Shown here piece after piece: positions 43,406 to 51,971 of a stretch of DNA of 64,000 nucleotides. The position numbers were made by a program, and so were the translations under genes. The notes under the pieces are model-generated. The model searched no databases. It had not been told where the DNA came from and saw only the letters and a program-made list of their open reading frames with translations. Source of the stretch: a bacterium. GTDB lineage: Bacteria > UBA8248. The stretch lies in the NCBI GenBank assembly GCA_965261085.1, contig OZ253442.1, positions 2,944,001-3,008,000 of the forward strand, written 5' to 3'. Numbering within the stretch: the first letter of the stretch is position 1; every line of letters starts with the position of its first letter.

Positions 43406-43447
43406 CCGAACCCCAGTTTCATTTTCCCCGGCTCCCTGCAAGAACCA

Positions 43448-44119
43448 TCAGGCGGAAGAATCAGCCGGCTTCTCCCCCTCATCGTCCGAAGCCTCGGCCG
43501 CCGACGCATCTTCTCCGTCGGCCGCCACTCCAAATTCATCCTCAACCTCTTCTTCCTCTTCAACAGGAGCGACTACCGTCAAGACGGGATCATCGGGGTC
43601 GGTCACCAGCTCAACGCCTTCTGGAATTTGCAGATCACGCACGTGGAGAACATCACCAATTTCCATCTCCGAAATATCGACCTCGATATGTTCCGGGATC
43701 GCATTCGGCAGACATGTGACCTCCAATTCGCGCAGCAATTGAGAGAGATTCCCCCCTATCTTTTCTCCGGGAGACTCACCCGACAAGGAGAGAGGCACGG
43801 CGATTTCGATCTTCTCATCCATGCGGATTTCCAGAAAATCCGCATGGACAATCGTGCCCTTCATCGGGTCGCGCTGGAGCTCTTTCACGATAACCGGACG
43901 CTCCGAGGCGGCTTCGCCCTCGACGTTGAGCTGGAAAACGACGTTGCTTCCGGCTCCCGTGCCGAGCAAAGTCTCCAGTTCCTTCGGACTGATAGCCAAG
44001 GGGGTAGAATCTTTTATCCCGTACACGACGCCCGGTATGCTGCCGGCTCTTCTCACCGCACGGGCGCCGCTCTTTCCTGTTAGCGTTCTCTTATCCACCG
44101 ATAGAGATAAATTTTCCAT
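43448..44119 (-). CDS. rplY: 50S ribosomal protein L25 / general stress protein Ctc
   Basis: GKSGARAVRRAGSIPGVVYG, IVHADF, IPEHIEVDIS, acidic tail. Confidence 0.95.
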   Translation of the reverse strand: MENLSLSVDKRTLTGKSGARAVRRAGSIPGVVYGIKDSTPLAISPKELETLLGTGAGSNVVFQLNVEGEAASERPVIVKELQRDPMKGTIVHADFLEIRMDEKIEIAVPLSLSGESPGEKIGGNLSQLLRELEVTCLPNAIPEHIEVDISEMEIGDVLHVRDLQIPEGVELVTDPDDPVLTVVAPVEEEEEVEDEFGVAADGEDASAAEASDDEGEKPADSSA

Positions 44120-44155
44120 TTTTTACTCCAAATATGCCGCCGACAAACAGAATGG

Positions 44156-45103
44156 TCATTCAAACAAACTGCTGACGGACGCGTTCTCGTGAATGCGGCG
44201 AATCGCCTCGGCCAAAAGCCTCCCCACCTCCAGGACTTTAAGGCGGGAGCAGCCTCTCGCTTTATCCGAAAGCGGTATCGAATCGCTCACGACGAACTCG
44301 ACGATGCTCGATTTCTCGATTCTCTCCACCGCCGGACCCGACAAAACCGCGTGCGCACAGCATGCGTACACTTGCCGCGCGCCGGCCGCCATGAGCGCGT
44401 CGGCGCCCTGGCTTATGGTGCCCGCCGTATCGCAAAGATCATCAATGACCAGAACGTCGCACCCCTTCACGTCTCCGATGATGTTCATCACTTCCGAGTG
44501 GTTGGCCCGCTCCCTTCGTTTGTCGATAATGCCCAGGCCGGCGTTCAGCCTTCGCGCGTAATCCCGGGCCCTCTCCACGCCTCCGGCGTCGGGCGAGACG
44601 ACCACGAGATCCTTCAATTCTTTCTTCTTGAAATACTCTATCATGATGGGCGCCGAATACAGATGGTCCACGGGAATATCGAAAAAACCCTGTATCTGGC
44701 CCGCATGCAAATCCATGGCGATTACTCTGTCCGCGCCTGAGGCGGCCAAGAGGTTGGCAACGAGTTTCGCGGTAATCGGCACTCTGGGCTGCACCTTCCG
44801 GTCCTGACGAGCGTATGCGAAATAGGGTATCACCGCAGTGATGCGCTCGGCCGATGAGCGCCTGAACGCATCGAGCATGATGAGCATTTCCATCAGGTTC
44901 GCGTTCCCGGGGGAGCACAGACTCTGCACGGCGAACACGTCCGCGCCCCGGATGTTCTCGTTGATGCGGACAAACGTTTCCCCATCGCTGAAATCAATGA
45001 TTTCAATCGAGCCGGGCCGGATGTACAGAGACTCGAAAATGCTCTTGTTCAGGGCCGGATTCGAGCGCCCGCCGAATACCTTTAACTGATGTCCGTTCAC
45101 CAT
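44156..45103 (-). CDS. prs: Ribose-phosphate pyrophosphokinase
   Basis: FSDGE, YARQDRK, DLHAGQIQGFFD, VSPDAGG, DDLCDTAGT. Confidence 0.97.
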   Translation of the reverse strand: MVNGHQLKVFGGRSNPALNKSIFESLYIRPGSIEIIDFSDGETFVRINENIRGADVFAVQSLCSPGNANLMEMLIMLDAFRRSSAERITAVIPYFAYARQDRKVQPRVPITAKLVANLLAASGADRVIAMDLHAGQIQGFFDIPVDHLYSAPIMIEYFKKKELKDLVVVSPDAGGVERARDYARRLNAGLGIIDKRRERANHSEVMNIIGDVKGCDVLVIDDLCDTAGTISQGADALMAAGARQVYACCAHAVLSGPAVERIEKSSIVEFVVSDSIPLSDKARGCSRLKVLEVGRLLAEAIRRIHENASVSSLFE

Positions 45104-45243
45104 TTCTGCTCACCTAGTTATGTTCATTCAATCACAAAGAGCGAGTTTGATACTTGATTTTCCAGGCGGAGGCAAGTGGCGAGAGGCGAAATTCTCTCCA
45201 TTTCCCAATTTTTTAGAAATTTTATCTCATTTTTCGATTTTTT

Positions 45244-46131
45244 TTATTGAAAACACATCTCCTGGAGCGGCGTTGCGAGAAAACATTCGCATGCTTTTCC
45301 CTCTTCGCTCTTCTGGATTCGTATTGCCGCCCGTTCGGCTTCTCCTTTTCGGCGAAAAAAACCGAAAATTGTCGAGCCGCTGCCGCTCATGATGGCCCTT
45401 TTGGCGCCATATCGAACGAGCATCCCGCACAGGCCCTCAAGCTCCGGAAATTTTGAAAAAACGATATCTTGTAAATCATTGCCGTATTCATACCGCCCGA
45501 GGCGCATCGGGTCGTCTTTTTCGTCGAAATTCCGTCCTTCCCGACCCAGTTTTTCACGAGACCAAGTATAGACATCCTGCGTGGATAACGCTACGGGCGG
45601 CTTGACCAGCAGGAACCAACCACTCCTCAAGGCTTCTTTCGCTTCGACTCGCTCGCCCCGGCCCCGACATACCGCAGCCGGCCCGCCGAGAAAAAACGGA
45701 ACGTCCGAACCGATGCGCGCGGCCACCTCACTCAACTCCGCCTTGCGCATCCCGAGGTTCCAGGCACGGTTCAGCGCCCAGAGCACTCCCGCCGCGTTAC
45801 CACTCCCCCCGCCCAGGCCTGCGCCCGCGGGGATGTTCTTTTTCAAATAGATGCGCGCGCCGAGCGCTTCGCGTCCCGATGCCTCTCGCAAGGCCCTCGC
45901 CGCTCGATGCACGATGTTTTCTCCGCCGCCGGGAACATCATCCCGATCCGCATACACGAGAATCCTCTTGCCGCCCGGCTCGATTCGGACCTCATCATAC
46001 AGAGATATCTGCTGCATCCACGTGATGACCTCGTGATAGCCATCGGCGCGTAGGCCCAGAATCCTCAAGCACAGGTTAATTTTCGCAGGCGTCTTCAAAA
46101 CAACGGCTCCGGTAACGTCTTCGCCGCTCAT
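45244..46131 (-). CDS. ispE: 4-diphosphocytidyl-2-C-methyl-D-erythritol kinase
   Basis: PAKINL..DGYHE, KNIPAGAGLGGGSGNAA, IGSDVPFF, MSGSGSTIF. Confidence 0.95.
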   Translation of the reverse strand: MSGEDVTGAVVLKTPAKINLCLRILGLRADGYHEVITWMQQISLYDEVRIEPGGKRILVYADRDDVPGGGENIVHRAARALREASGREALGARIYLKKNIPAGAGLGGGSGNAAGVLWALNRAWNLGMRKAELSEVAARIGSDVPFFLGGPAAVCRGRGERVEAKEALRSGWFLLVKPPVALSTQDVYTWSREKLGREGRNFDEKDDPMRLGRYEYGNDLQDIVFSKFPELEGLCGMLVRYGAKRAIMSGSGSTIFGFFRRKGEAERAAIRIQKSEEGKACECFLATPLQEMCFQ

Positions 46132-46139
46132 GGAACGGG

Positions 46140-46979
46140 CTATCCTTCCAGCCACAGCGTTCTGGCGCCCCGGGGCGGCTTGAGACGAAACAATTCGTCC
46201 GGAAGCGCCGTATCCACCGCACCCTCATCGGCGGGATAAGAGATGTGGAGCCGATTCTTCCCCCCGGGGCCCAGAATCTCCACCTGCGAGGGACGCCACA
46301 CTTCGCCGGTTTTGAGAAACCCGCCGTAGCGAACCGCAATCGCCCCCCCCTGCGTGCGAATCTCCATTTTCACCGGATGCAAATCGCGAGGCTCCAATTC
46401 GACAAAACCTGAAACCACCCCTTCGAATCCCCTCCTCGTCTTGAGCACATAGACGGAGCCCGGCTTTTTTAATTCGAGATTTTCCTCACCCCCCAGCACA
46501 ACCACCCAATCTCCCAGCAAGAGCTTGATGAAAATTTCGCTGTCCAGCGGGATTCCCAAAATCCGCTCGATCCCCCGTCTGTTCGTCCTCCCCATGTATA
46601 CGGCGTTTCGCGAGGGAGAGTAGGCGCGAAACGAAGCGCCTCGCGCGACAACGACCACCAGGGGCGTGCCGAAGGGGGAGAGAGGCTCTAACCGCAGCGA
46701 GTCGGGTTGCCGTAAGACGAGCGCCGCATGGCCGGAAAACGAACCCTGGGGAACCAGGGGGTTCGCGAGTCTTGTTTCCGCCCGGGCGTCGAGAAACCGC
46801 AACTGCATGAACACGGCGCCCCGGTACGCGCGAGGATATCGCCTTGCCTTGAGTTTGGCGATTATTTCCGCCCGCGACACATCACGCAGCGGGACTTCAC
46901 CGACTTGCCCGGTTTGAAGGAGCGCGCAACCGGCCATCGCGCAACACAACCATGCCAGACAAAAACGCAAGATACGCAA
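46140..46979 (-). CDS. LolB-like (LolA/LolB fold) lipoprotein
   Basis: Lipobox MAGC; LRLEPLSPFGTPL and ILGIPLD..IKLLLG resemble LolB motifs; located between a TPR gene and ispE. Confidence 0.6.
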   Translation of the reverse strand: MRILRFCLAWLCCAMAGCALLQTGQVGEVPLRDVSRAEIIAKLKARRYPRAYRGAVFMQLRFLDARAETRLANPLVPQGSFSGHAALVLRQPDSLRLEPLSPFGTPLVVVVARGASFRAYSPSRNAVYMGRTNRRGIERILGIPLDSEIFIKLLLGDWVVVLGGEENLELKKPGSVYVLKTRRGFEGVVSGFVELEPRDLHPVKMEIRTQGGAIAVRYGGFLKTGEVWRPSQVEILGPGGKNRLHISYPADEGAVDTALPDELFRLKPPRGARTLWLEG

Positions 46980-47065
46980 AAATCAAATATCCCCGGTGAG
47001 AGAAATCGAGAAAATACGGGCGAGAACCAACGGGCGCGGCCAAGTGCTCAAGAAATCGGATATCC

Positions 47066-48802
47066 CTACATGAGGGGCTTATTCTGTTTGGAGAGGTGCG
47101 TTTGAATCTTTTTCTTCAATTTTTCGTTCTTCGGATCCACTTTGGAAGCGCGCTTCCAATGGAGAAGCGCTTTTTCGACATCGTGCAAGGCGATATATAT
47201 ATCGCCCAGGTGTTCGAGGATGACGGCGTCTTTCGGCATCTTCGTCGCCGCGTGGCGCACCTTCACGAGCGCTTCCTGAAAGCGGCCCTGGCGATAATAA
47301 ATCCACCCGATGCTGTCGAGAAAAGCGGCGTTCTCCGGTTCAACCGCCAAGGCGCGATCCAGAAGTTTCCCCGCCTCATCGAGGTTCTTGTCGAGTTCGG
47401 AGAACATATAGCCCAGCAAGTTCAGGGCGTTGGCATGCTTCGGGTTCTTTTGAATGATCTTTCTCGCCGCTGCTTCTACGTCGTCCCAGCGCTTGAGCTC
47501 ATAAGACACCGAGGCGAGAGAATACAAATAACCCTCCCGGTCTGGTTCCAGCTTCACCGCTTTCTGAGCATAGGGCAGAGCTTTGGTGAACTCCTTTTGT
47601 CTGGACAGCGACAAACCGCGCGTATAATACACCCGCCCTACTTCGGGATGGTGCTTTTCGGCTTTATCCAAAATATCGCTAGCCTTCTTCCACTTTTTCT
47701 GGTCGATGTACAACCAGGCGAGTTGGATGTGCCCGTCCAGCGACTTGGGCAACAGCGACAATAATTCGAGAAGCTCCTCCTCGGCGCGCTCATATTGCTT
47801 GAGTTCTTCGTAAATCCTCGCAACATACTTGCGGACCATTTCGTCTTTCGGGTTTCTCGCCAGCACGAATCGAAATTCCTGAAGCGCATCCTGGTATTCT
47901 CTTTGATCAAAGTTCAAAAAACCGAGGGTCCGGTGCACCCTCACGTTACCGGGCTCCTTCGAGCCGAGCACTTTGAACTCCTCGAGAGCCTGCTTTATGT
48001 TCTTCTTTCGGATATAGAGCTGCCCCAGGCGGGAGCGAATCAGCCGGTTGTCGGGTTCGTTTTTTTGCGCCTTGATGTAGGTCGCTTCCGCCTCGCCGAA
48101 TTTCTCCTGCACTTCATAGATTCTGGCGAGAAGAAGCATTCCTCGCGTGAATTTCGGTTCTCTTTCAAGGATTCTGGAAATTTCCTTCTCCGCCTCGCCA
48201 TATTTCTTCATGCCTGCATAGGCTTGCGCCAGATGATATCTGCCGAGCACGGACCTTCTCCCCGACTTGACGAGGACCTCCAACGTCTCGGCGGCTTCGG
48301 CATACTTGCCCAAATCCAGGTAGACGCTGCCCAGGAGCAGGCGCGTTTCCTGGTGTTCCGGGCTCATTTTCAGCAACTCGGTATAAGTGGCGACGGCCTT
48401 ATCCAGCTTCGTCCGCGAAGCGTATATGCCCCCTAGAACGAAGTGGGCCTCGAGGTTCTTGGCATTCTGCGTCGTCGCCTTGAGGGCGAATTTTTCGGCC
48501 TCGCCCAGCTTCCCTTGGCGGACGAGAAGCGATGCCAGCCGAGTCGCCAAAAAAGAGGAGTCCGGGTTGTTCCTGACCGCCTGGAAATAAGACGATTCCG
48601 CTTCTTTGAGGTTTCCGGCCACTTCTTCGCGATACCCGGCGATGAAGTGAAAATAGGACTTTGACGTCCCCTTTACTTTGTCTGAAAGCGGACGCAGTTC
48701 GACCGCGGTCTTTGGCTTCACCTCCGGTTCCGGCTCCAGCGGCACACATCCCGGCAGGATCAGAACGAGGGGCAATATCATCTTGACATAGAATTTCACC
48801 AT
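47066..48802 (-). CDS. Multi-TPR protein, probable lipoprotein
   Basis: Many TPR helices; C-terminal ALNLLGY..AAFLDSIGWIYY..VILEHLGDIY; LPGC after a hydrophobic stretch; start set at ATG 48802. Confidence 0.85.
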   Translation of the reverse strand: MVKFYVKMILPLVLILPGCVPLEPEPEVKPKTAVELRPLSDKVKGTSKSYFHFIAGYREEVAGNLKEAESSYFQAVRNNPDSSFLATRLASLLVRQGKLGEAEKFALKATTQNAKNLEAHFVLGGIYASRTKLDKAVATYTELLKMSPEHQETRLLLGSVYLDLGKYAEAAETLEVLVKSGRRSVLGRYHLAQAYAGMKKYGEAEKEISRILEREPKFTRGMLLLARIYEVQEKFGEAEATYIKAQKNEPDNRLIRSRLGQLYIRKKNIKQALEEFKVLGSKEPGNVRVHRTLGFLNFDQREYQDALQEFRFVLARNPKDEMVRKYVARIYEELKQYERAEEELLELLSLLPKSLDGHIQLAWLYIDQKKWKKASDILDKAEKHHPEVGRVYYTRGLSLSRQKEFTKALPYAQKAVKLEPDREGYLYSLASVSYELKRWDDVEAAARKIIQKNPKHANALNLLGYMFSELDKNLDEAGKLLDRALAVEPENAAFLDSIGWIYYRQGRFQEALVKVRHAATKMPKDAVILEHLGDIYIALHDVEKALLHWKRASKVDPKNEKLKKKIQTHLSKQNKPLM

Positions 48803-48842
48803 CGAATGCGACCTCTCCAACAATTTCCCACGCCGGATATTA

Positions 48843-49340
48843 TCACAACTGGGAATCCCCATGCGTCCGAATATGGCGAATGAGTTTCTTCGCCGCACGG
48901 CGTATTTGCTCATCCCCCATATCGGCGATGGCGTCCTCTATGGCGGCGTCATCGCCGGAAGAAATCGGCGTCGCTTTCCTGGAAAACGCCGCCGGTTCAC
49001 CCTGCTCGTCATCATAGCCGAACGTGATGCCTGCGTTCGACAACGTGAAGCGAATCTCATCGACACGAGAATCCTCCATGTGCTCATTGATTCTCGCCAG
49101 CAACTCCTGCTTTCTGAACTCGAGTTCATACAGCCAGCTCGAGTCCGCCACTTCCACGTGCAGACAATTGTTTTTAAGAGATACCGGGCGGGCCGCCCGG
49201 GAGATGCCCTCGCCCACGGCCCTCGGCCAGATGCGGAACACGAAATTCCTGGCCAGCCGTCTGCCCCACGGCTCTTTTCGGCGGACCTCTTTCAGGATGG
49301 AGGCAAACCTCCTGGGCTTCGAGAAGGGGCCCCTAGCCAT
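48843..49340 (-). CDS. dciA: DciA/DUF721-family helicase-loading protein
   Basis: WPRAVGEGISRAARPVSLKNNCLHVEVADSSWLYELEFRKQELLARIN pattern. Confidence 0.75.
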   Translation of the reverse strand: MARGPFSKPRRFASILKEVRRKEPWGRRLARNFVFRIWPRAVGEGISRAARPVSLKNNCLHVEVADSSWLYELEFRKQELLARINEHMEDSRVDEIRFTLSNAGITFGYDDEQGEPAAFSRKATPISSGDDAAIEDAIADMGDEQIRRAAKKLIRHIRTHGDSQL

Positions 49341-50031
49341 TCGGAACGCCTTCCTGCCTGAGATTCCCGACGGTTTCGCCACCATTCAGCCTGGAAATTT
49401 CCACCATCACGCGATCGATGATCTTCTGGCTCGCCTCTTTCGTGTTGGCGATGGAATACTCATCGCTTAAATCCATCGGCGCGCCGAATCGCAACTCGAC
49501 CCTCGTCCCCGGGCGGGGGATGGTTTTGCCCACCGGAATCACCTGGTCCGTCCCCTTTATGGAGACGGGGACAACCGTGGGCGTGGTATTCCTCACGATT
49601 CGGCCCACCATGCGGTTCCCCCGCAGGAGCTGCCCGTCGCGGCTCCTCGTGCCCTCGGGGTAGAGGATTACTTTTCCCTCTCTGATATATTCCTCAATCA
49701 TGCGGATGGACTTTCTGTCCGCCCCGCCTCGCTTGATGGGGAAACCCCGCCATTTGCGCAATATCCAGCCCACGACGGGGAGATCGAAAAGCTCTTCTTT
49801 TCCCGCCTGGCGAAGCAATTCTTCAGGATATTTCAGGTAGATGGCCCAGGGTATCACCAGCACGTCGAGGGCGGAGATATGATTGCTCAAAAAGAGAATG
49901 TTTCCCCCCGGCGGGATGTTTTCCATTCCGCTGATTCTCATGCGCGTGAACAGGCGCACCAAAAGGCTCACGAAGGCGCATCCCAGCTTTATCATCACCC
50001 GCTCTGCCAATGGACCGGTACCTGCGATCAA
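49333..50031 (-). CDS. plsC: 1-acyl-sn-glycerol-3-phosphate (lysophospholipid) acyltransferase
   Basis: SNHISALD (HxxxxD), FPIKRG, YPEGTRS; start uncertain. Confidence 0.88.
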   Translation of the reverse strand: MIAGTGPLAERVMIKLGCAFVSLLVRLFTRMRISGMENIPPGGNILFLSNHISALDVLVIPWAIYLKYPEELLRQAGKEELFDLPVVGWILRKWRGFPIKRGGADRKSIRMIEEYIREGKVILYPEGTRSRDGQLLRGNRMVGRIVRNTTPTVVPVSIKGTDQVIPVGKTIPRPGTRVELRFGAPMDLSDEYSIANTKEASQKIIDRVMVEISRLNGGETVGNLRQEGVPNG

Positions 50032-50457
50032 CTCGAAAATCTCCCCTCATACAGGGATGAAAAATCACTGAATTTCATGGTTTTCAATAACCGAACCACC
50101 CAGAAGGCGTAGGGCGCAACTGTCCGCAAACGGACGGAAGCGCATTATACTCCCTCATGATGGAGAAGAACAAAGGGCGGGATTGAAAAATGAGGTTGCC
50201 CGGCGAAGAAGGGGGTGCAATAATTCGTCCGCCTTGCAAGGAAATGGTTTTCGCCTCCACCACAACTATCCCGAATCCTGCTTCTCTCTCCAAAGGATGA
50301 GTCTTCAGGCTTTTTTGAAGCAAAGATTGTAGAGTCCGGAGCAAATCATCGCTATAAGGCGATTCTCGCGCCCATTCAAATTTTACCCCCTCCGCCTTTA
50401 GTGCTAGGGTCCCTGCATAATCGTTTACCACACGCAGCAAACCCTCTGGGAGGGACG

Positions 50458-51864
50458 ATGAAACCGCCCAAAAGAACACTGGCAATTTTCCTCACAATGA
50501 TTCTGGTTTCCGGGTGTGGTGGCGGAGGGGGCGGTTCTTCCATGACGGCCCAGCGCCCCGCCGTGATGCCGCCCCCGCCAAGAGAAATTTCGGGAGCGAG
50601 GGGCGCGCCGATATTAGAACTCGATGGTCGCACCTTCGTGGGCGTTCCCTCGGCACCCACCCATACTCTCCCCCTGCGCCGGACCGGAGCCGACGGCTCT
50701 CCTATTGATGAGAAAGGCATCGAGATACATGCCGGAGCCGCTCGCGACGGCGCGGGAGCCGCTGACGTCCTCACGCGCTTGAGAGACAGCGCCGCCGCGC
50801 GCCCATATGGGCTCGCCACCTTCTCCTCCCCGCCACTCGTCCGTGTCGCGTCGGGGACGAGCCGGGAGTTCATCGCCGCCGCCGTCCGCGCCGTGCAATT
50901 TATCAACGCTTCTTTGCCCTACGACAAGCGCATCCGGCTCAGCGCCGATCCCGCGCCCCACTTCTCCCCCCAAAGGAGCATCCCCGATGGCGAGATTCAT
51001 ATCGACTTCGTTCCCGCCGGGACATTTAGCCGAATCCTCCCTCCCGGTGAGGACCCTGTCGGCGCCGCCCTCGGCACGCAGTCGAGTCGCGGGGAAGCGT
51101 ATAGCGCCCAGATTCTCGTCGATGAGGACATATTAAGAAAAGGCTATAGTGAATACGCTCTGTTCCACACGCTGGTTCACGAGCTGCTTCACGCCCTCGG
51201 TTTCTGGAGCCACGCCAACCCCTTGCGCTTTCCGCGTTCCGTCATACGCCCCCGGATACCGCAAAACGTCAACACCTATATTCTCGGCCCCGCCGACAGG
51301 GAGGCCCTGCTCGCGGCTTACACCAGATTCAGGCCCGGAGCCGAGGCCCATGAAATATCGGCCCAGAGCCTCGGGGCATGGACGGACGTATCCACTCACC
51401 TGCTCGGAATCATGGAACTTGAAGGCGGCCAGAGCGTAGGCTTCGGCGTCGTTTTCAGGAACGGCCTCTTCCAGCCCTGGGCGAGTGGCCCAACTCCGCC
51501 GACGAGCCTCGGAAACAACCGGGCGCTACGCGGGACCGTGAGTTGGGACGGTCTGTTTCTCGGTATGACGCCTTCCGCTCGCCACCTCGTCGATGGCGAC
51601 GCCCTTCTCGCTATCAACCTCCTCACGCTCGCCGGAAGCCTCGACCTAACGAATATGACTCAGACGCGCGTGTCCGATACTTCGCTATCGACATGGGGGG
51701 ACGGCAACCTGCGCTATTCTGTGGATGTGGAGCGCAACTCGTTCCGAAGCACTGGAGGGGACGACGGCCAAGTTGCGGGTGCTTTTTTCGGGCGAAACCA
51801 TGAGGCAATGGGCGGTGTTCTGGAGAGGCGTGACTTGAGCGGAGCTTTTGGCGGCAAGCGCTGA
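50458..51864 (+). CDS. Predicted surface lipoprotein: metzincin-like zinc peptidase domain plus C-terminal TbpB/Slam-cargo-like beta-barrel
   Basis: Lipobox VSGC followed by GGGGGGSS, HELLHALGFWSH zinc motif, C-terminus GAFFGRNHEAMGGV...SGAFGGKR; GGGAGG RBS before ATG 50458. Confidence 0.7.
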   Translation: MKPPKRTLAIFLTMILVSGCGGGGGGSSMTAQRPAVMPPPPREISGARGAPILELDGRTFVGVPSAPTHTLPLRRTGADGSPIDEKGIEIHAGAARDGAGAADVLTRLRDSAAARPYGLATFSSPPLVRVASGTSREFIAAAVRAVQFINASLPYDKRIRLSADPAPHFSPQRSIPDGEIHIDFVPAGTFSRILPPGEDPVGAALGTQSSRGEAYSAQILVDEDILRKGYSEYALFHTLVHELLHALGFWSHANPLRFPRSVIRPRIPQNVNTYILGPADREALLAAYTRFRPGAEAHEISAQSLGAWTDVSTHLLGIMELEGGQSVGFGVVFRNGLFQPWASGPTPPTSLGNNRALRGTVSWDGLFLGMTPSARHLVDGDALLAINLLTLAGSLDLTNMTQTRVSDTSLSTWGDGNLRYSVDVERNSFRSTGGDDGQVAGAFFGRNHEAMGGVLERRDLSGAFGGKR

Positions 51865-51971
51865 TTGTTTGTTCCGGACAACTGTATCCATAACTCGACA
51901 GGTCGGCGGGGAATGATGTAGGTTTCGTTCAAAAGGAGTTCCTGACCGCCTGCCCGGAAGGGGAGTTTTTC

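Noticed and set aside
45104-45243. tRNA-Gln expected between ispE and prs
   Set aside because: AT-rich spacer with no cloverleaf or T-loop GTTC consensus on either strand.
47066-48802. TPR protein as the Slam exporter for the nearby lipoprotein
   Set aside because: It is helical TPR to the C-terminus with no beta-barrel strands or terminal aromatic residue.
50084-50485. 133-aa minus-strand ORF in the gap before the lipoprotein gene
   Set aside because: No RBS or recognisable motif, and it overlaps the start of the lipoprotein gene; probably non-coding.
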